Below the pieces are notes generated by a model that saw only the letters and a list, made by a program, of their open reading frames with translations, did no database searches and was not told where the DNA came from. Made by a program: the position numbers and the translations under genes. From contig JAJSAD010000052.1 in NCBI GenBank assembly GCA_024281375.1, positions 3,140-67,139 on the forward strand: a stretch of 64,000 nucleotides of DNA. Direction: 5' to 3'. The stretch comes from Alphaproteobacteria bacterium. Its GTDB lineage: Bacteria; Pseudomonadota; Alphaproteobacteria; Caedimonadales; UBA9215. Shown here piece after piece: positions 27,758-36,686 of this stretch; positions within the stretch are counted from its first letter, which is position 1, and each line of letters starts with the position of its first letter.

Positions 27758-28852
27758 TTATCCATCTTCTGAGTATAAGAGTTTTGTTGTTGCAAAAAAG
27801 CCTGTGACAATTGTCGGGACCCAGGCGGCAAGCAAAGGAGGTAAATTCCCAGCGCTTCCAAGAGCATAGGTCATATCTCTTAAAAAGTAGAGCAAAAAAG
27901 TAATAGAAATTCCCCCGATAAGGAGGCGAACAGTTCCCCCTGATCGCAGAGGCGCCATGGAAAATGTTGCGGCTAGGACCACCATGACGGCCAACCAAAT
28001 ACAGCGCGCAAGGAGGGTATGCCATTGCATGAAATACTGAGTAGCCGACAGACCAGAGGTTTCAAGGAGTTTAGCATATGATCTTAGACTATAAAAAGTC
28101 AGGGTTTTGGGATCGGAAAAACTTTCTTGGATAGAGTTGACAGAAAGAGTTGTATTCAATTGATGGGTTGTGAACTGTTCTGGAAAACCGTCTTTTAAAA
28201 GGTGCCATCCATGGTTGAGTTGAAGGTGACCATCCGTTAAAATTCCTTGTTTTGCATCAAAACGTTCTATAAATCGATCATCTTCATCAAAGGCATAGGC
28301 ACTCACATTATAAAGGGTCTGCGCTTTTGCATCAAAGTGAGTGGCGTGGAGGATGACCTGTTTATCCTTGAGGGTTTCTCGTAGCCAGAAGCCATTTTTC
28401 GAAATGGAAAAAGGCGTTTGTTCTTGGTAGATATATTTATTTTCAAGGTTGTAAAATTTATCTAACATTCTGGCGGAAAAAGAATTAATAACCAAGAGGT
28501 CTATGAGGCCAATGAGGAGAGCTGTGCCGGCAAGGGGGGTTAAAATTTGCCAGATGGAAACACCAGAGGCTCGGATAATAAGAAGCTCTTGATTGCGATT
28601 TAAACGCCAAAAAGCAATGATAGCGGCAAAGAAAAGGATAAAGGGGAGGATTTCTTGGAAAAAGTTTGGAAACCGAAAGAGGAACATTTTGAGGACAAGG
28701 TCAATGCCAATATCTGCTTTACCAGATGTGCGTCGAAAGAGCTCCATGAGATCAAAGAGAGCAAAGATAAACCCGATTGCTCCTGAGGTAATGAGAAACC
28801 ACTTCATGAAATTTGAAATGAGATACTTAGAAAGAGAGTAGGTTATTCTCAT
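27758..28852 (-). CDS. lptG: LPS export ABC transporter permease LptG
   Basis: 364 aa of the YjgP/YjgQ family (6 TM plus a periplasmic domain). It overlaps the lptF stop by 4 nt. Confidence 0.85.
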   Translation of the reverse strand: MRITYSLSKYLISNFMKWFLITSGAIGFIFALFDLMELFRRTSGKADIGIDLVLKMFLFRFPNFFQEILPFILFFAAIIAFWRLNRNQELLIIRASGVSIWQILTPLAGTALLIGLIDLLVINSFSARMLDKFYNLENKYIYQEQTPFSISKNGFWLRETLKDKQVILHATHFDAKAQTLYNVSAYAFDEDDRFIERFDAKQGILTDGHLQLNHGWHLLKDGFPEQFTTHQLNTTLSVNSIQESFSDPKTLTFYSLRSYAKLLETSGLSATQYFMQWHTLLARCIWLAVMVVLAATFSMAPLRSGGTVRLLIGGISITFLLYFLRDMTYALGSAGNLPPLLAAWVPTIVTGFFATTKLLYSEDG

Positions 28853-29967
28853 GAAAGCTCTCCCTCTTCAAGAGGGGGAATTTTTGAAGTTTTAGGTTTT
28901 GGAGGCCAAATAAGTAGTTTTAAACATATTAAAACGACAAGGCTCACCAAGCCATAGGCTCCTTTAATTAAGGCGGGGTGCTTATCTGACATATTAAGAA
29001 TAGAAAACACAATAACTTCAAGAATAAGACAACTGAAGATCGCAATCATGATACGTTTTGAGCGCCCTCGTCTATTATAGTCCCCCAGTAAAAAGGCAAG
29101 ACCTGCTAACAACACAAAGGGGAAAACCATGAGAGGTAATAAAATACGCTCGTGTACTTCAACGCGGATGAGTTTTTTGTCTTTATCGGAAAGGTCACCC
29201 TCAGGGTTAAAGAGCTCGGCCATGGAAAGCTCGTTAGCTTTTTTATGGCGAGGACCCGACTCGTGGGGACTTTCTACATCAACACTATATTGATCAAAAT
29301 TTAAAATAGACGGTTTGCCCGTTTTACCATCAATGTTTTGACGACTGCCTCGGTAAAGAACAAAGCGAAGCCCCTTAGGGGTTTCAAGGATCTGACCCAC
29401 CTCAGCCGTAATGGTGGCAATGTTTTTTGAATCTCTGGCATCATAAACAAAAATGCCCTTCATATCCCCTTTGCGTGTTTTGTGTTTGGTATAAAAAGTA
29501 ATACCCTCAATAGCTGTAAAAACCCCAGGCTGCAACCATTGTCCTGTTAGATTGTGACGGATATCTTCACGCAGGTCTTTAAAATTGGTCGTTGCAAGGG
29601 GTTGAATATAAAGGTTAATAGCATACAAAATAGAGAGGAAAATCGTTGCAGCAATAAGGGGAGAACGCATGATCTGTAAATTAGAAAGACCAAGAGCCCG
29701 CATGATCACGAGCTCACTATCACTATAAAGTTTGCTGAGAATAAAGAGGGCCGCAATCAGGAAGGCAATGGGTAAAATAGTACTGACGAGGCTGGGTAAA
29801 AGAAAGCTGGAGAGTTTGAAGAACATCAAAAGGGACAAGCCCTTTGTCATCACATAGTCAATGAATCTTAAGGATTGTGTTAACCACACGGCAAGGGAAA
29901 GAATGACCGTGATTAAGAGGGTTAATAAAAAGGTCTGGGCAAATACGTAGCGCCCTAAGCGATTCAT
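28849..29967 (-). CDS. lptF: LPS export ABC transporter permease LptF
   Basis: 372 aa of the YjgP/YjgQ family, upstream partner of lptG. Confidence 0.85.
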   Translation of the reverse strand: MNRLGRYVFAQTFLLTLLITVILSLAVWLTQSLRFIDYVMTKGLSLLMFFKLSSFLLPSLVSTILPIAFLIAALFILSKLYSDSELVIMRALGLSNLQIMRSPLIAATIFLSILYAINLYIQPLATTNFKDLREDIRHNLTGQWLQPGVFTAIEGITFYTKHKTRKGDMKGIFVYDARDSKNIATITAEVGQILETPKGLRFVLYRGSRQNIDGKTGKPSILNFDQYSVDVESPHESGPRHKKANELSMAELFNPEGDLSDKDKKLIRVEVHERILLPLMVFPFVLLAGLAFLLGDYNRRGRSKRIMIAIFSCLILEVIVFSILNMSDKHPALIKGAYGLVSLVVLICLKLLIWPPKPKTSKIPPLEEGELS

Positions 29968-30180
29968 TTTTATTCCTTGTTAGAGCTTAAGGGGCAGTAC
30001 CCTTTGTGTTTATCTTAATAAATCCATCATATACCTATTCCATTGAAAAGGGTATGCAGAGGGTTCTCTATAGGCTTGTATTTTTCTCTTATTTCTTGTA
30101 GAAAACATAGTATACGCTTTGTTGTACCCCTAAGGGGGATTAACCTCAAGGAAAACTTTACGTAAAAAAGGACCTGATTT

Positions 30181-31434
30181 ATGGGTAAGTTAATACTCTC
30201 TTTCTTAACAGTTGTTTTATTAGGTGCCAGCTCTTTTGTGACATCGACTCAAGCCGTGATGATTGCGGCCACCATTAATAACAAAGCAATTTCAACACGA
30301 GATCTCAATAATCGTATTAAGCTTGCTATTATTTCATCCGGTATGCCTGACACTGCAAAAACCCGTCAGCAACTGCGTGAACAGATTTTGAATATGATGG
30401 TTAATGAGCAGATTCAATTGCAGTTGGGTGAAGAATATAAAATTAAAATTGATGAAGCGACGTTGATGGCTTCTGTTCGGGATATTGAAAATCAGAATAA
30501 TATGCCCGAGGGCGGTTTGCAAAAAATGCTCTCTAAGCAAAACATTCCCTTTTCGCTGATGAAAAAGCATTTAGAGGCCTCTATTATTTGGCGTGAATAT
30601 GTTCGGGAGCGTTATCGCCATTTGGTTCAAGTCAGTGACAGTGATGTAGAACGCGCCCTTCAAGAACTGAAATCTAACAATAAAGAAACCCGTTATCATC
30701 TGGCGGAAATTGCTCTTTATTTTGATGATAAACAAAGTGCAACAAGTGTCAAAGGCCAAGCTGATCGTATTGTGAACCAGCTAAGGCAAGGGGCACAGTT
30801 TTCGATGCTCGCCAGTCAGTTCTCCAATGCGCCGAGTGCAGCCCGTGGGGGAGATATTGGCTGGATTCCAGAATCAAAACTAGAGACGAATGTTGTTGAT
30901 CAGCTTAAGAAATTAGAACCTGGCCAAGTCTCCATACCCCTCCAAACGGGTAAAGGGTTCCGTGTTTATCTCGTGCGGGATAAGCTGGCGGCCGGTCAAT
31001 TCGCAAAGCCCTTGACAACGGTTAGTTTTAAGCAAGTTTTTGTGGCGAACCCTAAGGATGCTTTTAATTTTGAGATCGAAGATAACATCAAACAAGTCGC
31101 AACCATGGCCCGTCAAATTACGAGTTGTCGTGTGGTTGAAAAACTAACGGCCCGTAAAAAAGCAAAGGTTCAAGATATAAAAGACATTCCTTTGAACAAT
31201 TTACCTCCAGAATTGCGTAATCTTCTTATGAAGACAAAAGAGAACAGAGCAACAGCCCCTCTTTATACGGGAAATGGGGCGATGTTTTTTGTGGTCTGTG
31301 AAAAGAAAACAACCAACCCGAAAGAGCCGACAGAAGAAGATATACGGGCCCAATTGGTGGATCGTAAGCTTCAAAATGTGGCGGAGCAAGAGTTGCGGAC
31401 GAGGCGGGGCGGAGCCCACATTGATATTCGTTAA
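30181..31434 (+). CDS. surA: Periplasmic chaperone / parvulin-type PPIase SurA
   Basis: 417 aa with a signal peptide, a SurA N-domain and a rotamase motif (ARGGDIGWI). The surA-rsmA linkage is conserved. Confidence 0.8.
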   Translation: MGKLILSFLTVVLLGASSFVTSTQAVMIAATINNKAISTRDLNNRIKLAIISSGMPDTAKTRQQLREQILNMMVNEQIQLQLGEEYKIKIDEATLMASVRDIENQNNMPEGGLQKMLSKQNIPFSLMKKHLEASIIWREYVRERYRHLVQVSDSDVERALQELKSNNKETRYHLAEIALYFDDKQSATSVKGQADRIVNQLRQGAQFSMLASQFSNAPSAARGGDIGWIPESKLETNVVDQLKKLEPGQVSIPLQTGKGFRVYLVRDKLAAGQFAKPLTTVSFKQVFVANPKDAFNFEIEDNIKQVATMARQITSCRVVEKLTARKKAKVQDIKDIPLNNLPPELRNLLMKTKENRATAPLYTGNGAMFFVVCEKKTTNPKEPTEEDIRAQLVDRKLQNVAEQELRTRRGGAHIDIR

Positions 31435-31446
31435 GGGTATATTAAC

Positions 31447-32286
31447 GTGCTCTTAAATCTCCCCACAATTTCTGAAACAATAGCTGAGTTTGGCCTCGGG
31501 GCGAAAAAATCCTTGGGCCAAAATTTTATTCTGGAGTTGAATTTAACACAAAAAATTGCTCGCCAAGGTCTTCCCTATTCTGAGAAAGAAACCTTAATCG
31601 AGATTGGTCCTGGTCCTGGTGCCTTAACACGAGGAATTCTCCTCAATGGGGCTAAAAAACTGATCGCCCTTGAAAAAGATGAGCGATGTTTAGAGGCTCT
31701 TACGGTTTTGAGAGAGGCCTCAGAAAATCGCCTCCAGGTGATTGAAGCCGATGCCATGACCATAGACTTAAAAGGCATTGCCAAAGCTCCTTTCAAGATC
31801 ATTGCAAACCTCCCCTACAACATTTCAACGCAACTTTTGTTAACCTGGATTGAGGGTGTACAGGATATGAGTGGCCTTGTTCTTATGTTTCAAAAGGAAG
31901 TTGCCCTACGCCTTGTGGCCACCCCAAGGTCAAAAGCCTACGGTCGCTTGAGTATTCTCACACAGCTTCGCTACAAAGCACATATCGCCTTTGAGGTGCC
32001 GCCAACGGCTTTTAGACCAGCCCCTAAAGTGACCTCGGCCATTGTTGTGCTGAAGCCTCAAGCTTCCTATCCAGAAAATGATTTATGGAATGCTGTTAAA
32101 CGTGTGACCCGTCAAGCCTTTGCCCAACGTCGCAAGATGCTGCGTAAAACCCTACAGCCCCTTTTTGCGGACCCTAAAGCGAGGTTGCAAGGGTTGGGCC
32201 TATCAGAAACAGCCCGCGCTGAAGAGTTGACGCCTCAGGATTTTGTGGCCCTCAGCCAAGCCTACTTAGGGGAGCAAAATGATTAG
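31447..32286 (+). CDS. rsmA: 16S rRNA A1518/A1519 dimethyltransferase RsmA (KsgA)
   Basis: KKSLGQNFI, EIGPGPGALT and NLPYNIS are KsgA/Erm family motifs. GTG start. Confidence 0.9.
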   Translation: MLLNLPTISETIAEFGLGAKKSLGQNFILELNLTQKIARQGLPYSEKETLIEIGPGPGALTRGILLNGAKKLIALEKDERCLEALTVLREASENRLQVIEADAMTIDLKGIAKAPFKIIANLPYNISTQLLLTWIEGVQDMSGLVLMFQKEVALRLVATPRSKAYGRLSILTQLRYKAHIAFEVPPTAFRPAPKVTSAIVVLKPQASYPENDLWNAVKRVTRQAFAQRRKMLRKTLQPLFADPKARLQGLGLSETARAEELTPQDFVALSQAYLGEQND

Positions 32287-32839
32287 GATAATTGCGGGAA
32301 CCTTACGGGGTCGTAAGCTTGAGGTGCCGCCGTCAAAGATAACGAGACCCACAACGGATCGTGTGCGCGAATCTATGTTTAATCTCCTGGAAAGCTATAT
32401 GGCATCTCAGGGTATATCCTTTGAGGACGTAACGGTTTTGGATGTCTTTGCGGGGTCTGGGGCTCTGGGTTTTGAAGCCCTTTCTAGAGGGGCACAACAG
32501 GTAACGTTTTTCGACCCCGCCCCGCCGGCCCTTAAAATTTTGCAACATAATGCTGCCCACCTACAGTGCGAGCGCTCCCAAGTGAAAATTCAGCGCGTTG
32601 ATACGACAAAGCCCCCTAAGGCGCGACAAGCCATTGGCCTTATTTTTATGGATCCTCCCTATAGCAAAGGGTTTCTAAGGCCCACTTATGAGGCACTCTT
32701 GAAAAAGGGTTGGGTGAATGACACAACAATTCTTGTGTTTGAAACCTCCGACCAAGAAGAGCTTCCGCCTTTCTTTGACGATAAAATCAAAATCCAACGG
32801 ACTTATGGGTCGACTATTGTAAGAATTCTAGGGGGGTAG
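32279..32839 (+). CDS. rsmD: 16S rRNA m2G966 methyltransferase RsmD
   Basis: IRIIAGTLRGRKL..P....RPTTDRVRESMFN, DVFAGSGALGFEALSRGA and DPPY. Confidence 0.85.
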   Translation: MIRIIAGTLRGRKLEVPPSKITRPTTDRVRESMFNLLESYMASQGISFEDVTVLDVFAGSGALGFEALSRGAQQVTFFDPAPPALKILQHNAAHLQCERSQVKIQRVDTTKPPKARQAIGLIFMDPPYSKGFLRPTYEALLKKGWVNDTTILVFETSDQEELPPFFDDKIKIQRTYGSTIVRILGG

Positions 32840-32866
32840 GTGTTTAATCCCCTATGCTTAAGAAAA

Positions 32867-32890
32867 AAGCCAGCTGGTTAAAACTGGCTT
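32867..32890. terminator. Bidirectional hairpin between convergent rsmD and the 32913 ORF
   Basis: AAGCCAG (32867-32873) and CTGGCTT (32884-32890) form a 7-bp stem, with an A-tract on the left and TATTT on the right. Confidence 0.4.
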
Positions 32891-32912
32891 TATTTATAGA
32901 AATTATGCAGTA

Positions 32913-33710
32913 TTAACCATCAATTTGATATCCATCAGGGATATTTCCTTGTGAGCGACCGGATTCGTTATCATCACATTCATAAGACCCTGTTAGTGTG
33001 AGGGCGATGTATTCTGCTACTGTAGGTTCATCAATGACAGTGTCGCTCTCAAGAGCTAATTTTGTTGTGGTGTGGATCACACGAACTTGACTGTAATTTT
33101 GGATTGCATATCGTGTTGCTCTTTTTGTATTGAAGCCCCTCATTTTTGTATATTCCCATGAACGCGTCAGCACTTTAAATTCACCAGGTACGGCCTCGCG
33201 TGCTTCCTCGAGACGTAGACGGAAAAGAGCTTCTCCCACACGAGAATATATAGTTCCATCGGGACGTTCCCAATTTTCAGCGCTATGGACAGTTACAGTT
33301 GATCCAACAGTTAATTCTGCATCAGGTACTTCTGTGTTATCACGAGCGATGTAAGCAACATTATCATTATTATGAGGAGCGGGATCACGTAGAAAATCAT
33401 CACGTCCAACCTCAAGGTTGGCTTTCATCAATTTTGTTGCCGTTTGAGTATCATCATTATTATCCCAACCAGCATCTTGGAGGTCACCTGTAATAGGTAG
33501 GGAAATACGACGATTTTCGTCATCTTTTGTTGCTTTAAGACGAGCTTTAACAATACCTTCTTCAACAAAAAAGCGAATTACTTTGATTGTTGTTGCATCA
33601 TCAGCTAAAAAGGCATTTAAATCCCCATCACTGGTAACACCAGAAGAAGCCACGGCAACCGTTGATAGAAGAGGGAGTATAATACTCAATTGTTTTAAGG
33701 TCTTTTTCAT
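32913..33710 (-). CDS. Hypothetical secreted protein, no recognisable domain
   Basis: 265 aa with signal peptide MKKTLKQLSIILPLLSTVAVASSG. It is acidic. I recognise no family. Confidence 0.55.
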   Translation of the reverse strand: MKKTLKQLSIILPLLSTVAVASSGVTSDGDLNAFLADDATTIKVIRFFVEEGIVKARLKATKDDENRRISLPITGDLQDAGWDNNDDTQTATKLMKANLEVGRDDFLRDPAPHNNDNVAYIARDNTEVPDAELTVGSTVTVHSAENWERPDGTIYSRVGEALFRLRLEEAREAVPGEFKVLTRSWEYTKMRGFNTKRATRYAIQNYSQVRVIHTTTKLALESDTVIDEPTVAEYIALTLTGSYECDDNESGRSQGNIPDGYQIDG

Positions 33711-33779
33711 AAGTCTAATCCTTAGTTTTATAAATGAGATTTTATCTCATTAAAAACATAGAATTAAGAGACTTATTTG

Positions 33780-34586
33780 TCAAGTTCCTTTATGATGAAA
33801 GGGCACCAAAAGCAATGTCTCTAAATCTAACGCCTTAGGATCAGGATATTCTTTCAGGCCGATGGTCATGTTGAGGTGACCTTTTTGGGGTTGGGCTTTA
33901 TAAGTTTTGAAAAGCCGATCCCACCAGGGTAAATTAAATCCAAAATTATTGTTGGTTTCCTGGGGAATAATCGAGTGATGCACCCGGTGCATGTCTGGCG
34001 TGACCACAAACAGCCGAAGTAGTTTATCAAAGTTTTTGGGGAGCTTAATATTGCTGTGATTGAACAAAGCCGTTGCATTCAACAGCACTTCAAAAGCAAT
34101 AACACCCGCTGCGGGCGCTCCTAAAATCGCAACAACCCCTAATTTTAACAGCACTGACAAAAGAATCTCAACGGGGTGAAAGCGCACACCACTCGTCGCA
34201 TCTAGATTTGTATCGGTGTGGTGCACTTTGTGGAGGCGCCATAAAAGAGGTTGGTAATGAAATAGCACATGTTGCCCGTAAACCATAAGGTCCAACAAAA
34301 CAATGGTTAATAAAAAAGTAACAAGAGAGGAAATATGTAGGAGATAAAACAGTCCCCATTGATGTTCCTCTAAAAAGAGAGCGAAGGCGGCGGGGAGGAC
34401 AGGAATCAGAAAGCGGACAGCCAGAGTATCTAAAGCCACAAGGCCTAAGTTCGCGAGCCACCTCGTTTTTTTAGAGGCTTTATTAGGTCGGTAAGGCATG
34501 ATTCTTTCAAGGAAAATCATGACCAAGAGGACACCAACAAAACAACTTAACCGGATTAAAGACTCATTGTTCAGGAGGATATCCAT
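33780..34586 (-). CDS. Fatty acid hydroxylase / sterol desaturase family membrane protein
   Basis: Multi-TM protein with His boxes HVLFH, HKVHHTD and HRVHHS, typical of the FA_hydroxylase superfamily. Confidence 0.75.
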   Translation of the reverse strand: MDILLNNESLIRLSCFVGVLLVMIFLERIMPYRPNKASKKTRWLANLGLVALDTLAVRFLIPVLPAAFALFLEEHQWGLFYLLHISSLVTFLLTIVLLDLMVYGQHVLFHYQPLLWRLHKVHHTDTNLDATSGVRFHPVEILLSVLLKLGVVAILGAPAAGVIAFEVLLNATALFNHSNIKLPKNFDKLLRLFVVTPDMHRVHHSIIPQETNNNFGFNLPWWDRLFKTYKAQPQKGHLNMTIGLKEYPDPKALDLETLLLVPFHHKGT

Positions 34587-34597
34587 GGTTTATTGCC

Positions 34598-35182
34598 CTA
34601 CCATTCACCTGAATTTTGAGTTGGGCTATCCGTTGACACATCCTGCAAACGCGCTTTGTTTTCTATAATTTCTATATTATCCGGAGACTCCATTTCATTA
34701 GCGCTTTGATCCATCAATTGGTCAATGAGATCATCAATGCGGTCGCTGGTTTCTTCATCAACGGTTTCTGTTTGGGGAATGTCTCCGTCAAATTCCTCAC
34801 CACTCACGTCCTTGACCCAGATGTCATAAACGGGATGCTCGAGAGCAGAAACAGAGGGGTTAGAGGCAAACATCCAACCTTTAAAAACGGTCTTCAATTC
34901 TTTGCCCTGTTTCTTTTACGTGATATCAAAGAATACTTTTGATTCTGGGTCTTCCTCAGGATTTGACTTCCAGGCCCTAAGAGCCCGAATCATCAGGGTC
35001 CCAATTTTAATGGCTTCTCCGACTTTCAGTGTTATTTCTGAGGTTCTGGCAGTGACTTTATCGAGGGCGCCAATCTTAACGGTATCTTTAAAGGTGCCCT
35101 CCATTTTTTGGATGGTGTCGGCTTTTAACTCCAATGAGGTGCAACAAAAAAAGACAAAGGTTAAAAAATAAGTTATACGCAT
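34598..35182 (-). pseudogene. DUF2155-family gene interrupted by one in-frame TAA (plus-strand 34916-34918)
   Basis: Track ORFs 34916..35182 and 34598..34897 share a frame. The joined reading is ...SKVFFDIT*KKQGKELKTVFKGWMFASNPSVSALEHPVYDIWV.... The N-part (LDKVTARTSEITLKVGE...IGTL.I....C) and C-part (F.GWMFAS.P...ALEHPVYDVW) are the two halves of DUF2155 as I remember it. The mlaD/NDUFA12 neighbourhood is typical. Confidence 0.6.
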
Positions 35183-35185
35183 TCT

Positions 35186-35653
35186 TTATTGATCTTCTGT
35201 TTTGGGTTTTTCGGACTTGTTGCTAAAGATAAGCTGACCGATAAGAGATTCAAGGTTCACAGAAGATTGTGTATGAATGATTGTATCGTTTTCAGCAAGA
35301 TAATTTTCATCCCCCCCTGGCACCAGGGCTAAATATTTACCTCCCAAAAGGCCATCGCTGACCACTTCGGCTGAGGTGTCCTTAGGGAGCTTAATATCTT
35401 TATCGATTTTAAAAGAAATTATGGCAAGGTAGGTCTCTTTTTCGATATCAAGGGCGGAAATGGTTCCAATTTTAACACCGCTCATGCGCACATCAGATCC
35501 TTTGATAATGCCGTCAACACGGTCAAAGGTTGCATGGTACTCAAGGGTATCTGTTTTTTCTGAGCCACTGGCTTGGTACGCATACACAAAAAAGAGTCCA
35601 GCAACCACAAGGACAACAGCGCCCATTAGGGTTTCGATTGTATTATTTTTCAT
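35186..35653 (-). CDS. mlaD: Outer membrane lipid asymmetry protein MlaD (MCE domain)
   Basis: 155 aa with an N-terminal TM (ETLMGAVVLVVAGLFFVYAY) and an MCE core (YHATFDRVDGIIKGSDVRMSGVKIGTISALDI). Confidence 0.8.
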   Translation of the reverse strand: MKNNTIETLMGAVVLVVAGLFFVYAYQASGSEKTDTLEYHATFDRVDGIIKGSDVRMSGVKIGTISALDIEKETYLAIISFKIDKDIKLPKDTSAEVVSDGLLGGKYLALVPGGDENYLAENDTIIHTQSSVNLESLIGQLIFSNKSEKPKTEDQ

Positions 35654-35668
35654 ATCTCTATCATTATC

Positions 35669-36043
35669 CTAGTTGTTGGGGACCCACGGCTTATAGGGTG
35701 TTGAGGGTTGAGTGGTATCGGTTTCGTTTAAGAGGCTTGCTTTGGGATGGTAGGCCTCATTACTGCCCGTTTGGTTGTGTTGATGCTTTTTTTCCCAAGG
35801 GTGGGGTTCACCACAAAGAGCACGCTCGCTTGTGTAATGAAGCCAAGAAAACCATTTTGCAGGAATCATAGAGGCCTCAACGGCACCGGATTTATAAATG
35901 ACCCAGCGTTTTTGAACCCGTTGGGGTTTCCCAAACAAAAGTTTCTCCTGATAGTACTTATTTCCAAATTCATCTTCTCCCATAAAATTACCCGCAATTT
36001 TGGAAAAAATCTTTGTTTGTATAAGGTTGGTGTAGAGGCTCAT
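35669..36043 (-). CDS. NADH:ubiquinone oxidoreductase subunit NDUFA12-like protein
   Basis: GEDEFGNKYYQ...KRWVIYKSGAVEASMIPAKWFSWLHYT....W.K.H..N.TG...AY.P matches the NDUFA12 family found in alphaproteobacteria. Confidence 0.8.
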   Translation of the reverse strand: MSLYTNLIQTKIFSKIAGNFMGEDEFGNKYYQEKLLFGKPQRVQKRWVIYKSGAVEASMIPAKWFSWLHYTSERALCGEPHPWEKKHQHNQTGSNEAYHPKASLLNETDTTQPSTPYKPWVPNN

Positions 36044-36065
36044 TCAAGGCTCCTGTATAAAAAAC

Positions 36066-36093
36066 TTGCATCCTTCTTTAAAATATATATAAT
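36066..36093 (+). promoter_or_regulatory. sigma70-like promoter for the rimP-nusA-infB operon (TTGCAT-N16-TATAAT)
   Basis: TTGCAT at 36066-36071 and TATAAT at 36088-36093. Confidence 0.45.
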
Positions 36094-36130
36094 TCAGGTA
36101 AGTCTGCAAAGATATTAAATAAGTTTATGC

Positions 36131-36158
36131 AGGTGGATCTTCGGATCCACCTTTTTTT
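36131..36158 (+). terminator. Strong intrinsic terminator in the rimP leader (candidate attenuator)
   Basis: AGGTGGATC - TTCG - GATCCACCT forms a perfect 9-bp stem with a UUCG tetraloop, followed by TTTTTT. It ends 16 nt before the rimP ATG and about 40 nt after the predicted -10. Confidence 0.7.
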
Positions 36159-36173
36159 GTAAGTATAGGAAAT

Positions 36174-36659
36174 ATGGATTTAGCATCGCGCATAGAACAC
36201 TTGGTTGAGCCAGCCCTTAATGATCTAGGGTATAGTATTGTTGAAATTTTGATCATTGGGTCGGGCCGTATGAAGCTGGATATTTCTATTGAGTGCGTAA
36301 ACCACGAGCCCGTGACCATCACGGACTGTGTCAAAGCGAACCGTGAAATTTCGGCTTTATTAGACGTTGAGGACCTTATTAAATCGGCTTATATTCTTGA
36401 TGTGTCTTCTCCGGGAATTGATCGTCCCCTTGTGAAGAAAAAAGATTTTAAGCGATTTTTGGGGGAAAGAGTGAAAATCAAAACCCACGAATTTGTTGAG
36501 GAGCGTAAGAAATTCACAGGTACCTTGCAAGACGTTGATGAAACGAAAATTATTGTTGTGTTGGATGAAAATGATATCACCCCTGAGGGAAATAACCGTA
36601 TTGAGATCTTGTATGATCAGATTCAACGGGCTAAATTGAACCCAGATTTTAAAATTTAA
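36174..36659 (+). CDS. rimP: Ribosome maturation factor RimP
   Basis: 161 aa. LVEPALNDLGYSIVEI...LDVSSPGIDRPL is the RimP signature. It lies upstream of nusA. Confidence 0.9.
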   Translation: MDLASRIEHLVEPALNDLGYSIVEILIIGSGRMKLDISIECVNHEPVTITDCVKANREISALLDVEDLIKSAYILDVSSPGIDRPLVKKKDFKRFLGERVKIKTHEFVEERKKFTGTLQDVDETKIIVVLDENDITPEGNNRIEILYDQIQRAKLNPDFKI

Positions 36660-36686
36660 AGCGTTTTACAGTTAGGAGACCAAAAA

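Noticed and set aside
27741-28025. A 94-aa ORF overlapping the 3' part of lptG in another frame. The 7977..8246 ORF overlapping yidC and the 12241..12552 ORF antisense to the PBP gene start are similar cases.
   Set aside because: They overlap confidently called genes, have no SD or family resemblance, and have a composition typical of off-frame translation.
24769-34918. Stop-codon reassignment (TAA as sense) as an explanation for the two in-frame TAA codons.
   Set aside because: TAA terminates many conserved genes in this window at their expected ends (fliD, fliS, yidC, rpmH and others). A genome-wide recoding is therefore not tenable. Pseudogenisation or sequencing error is more parsimonious.
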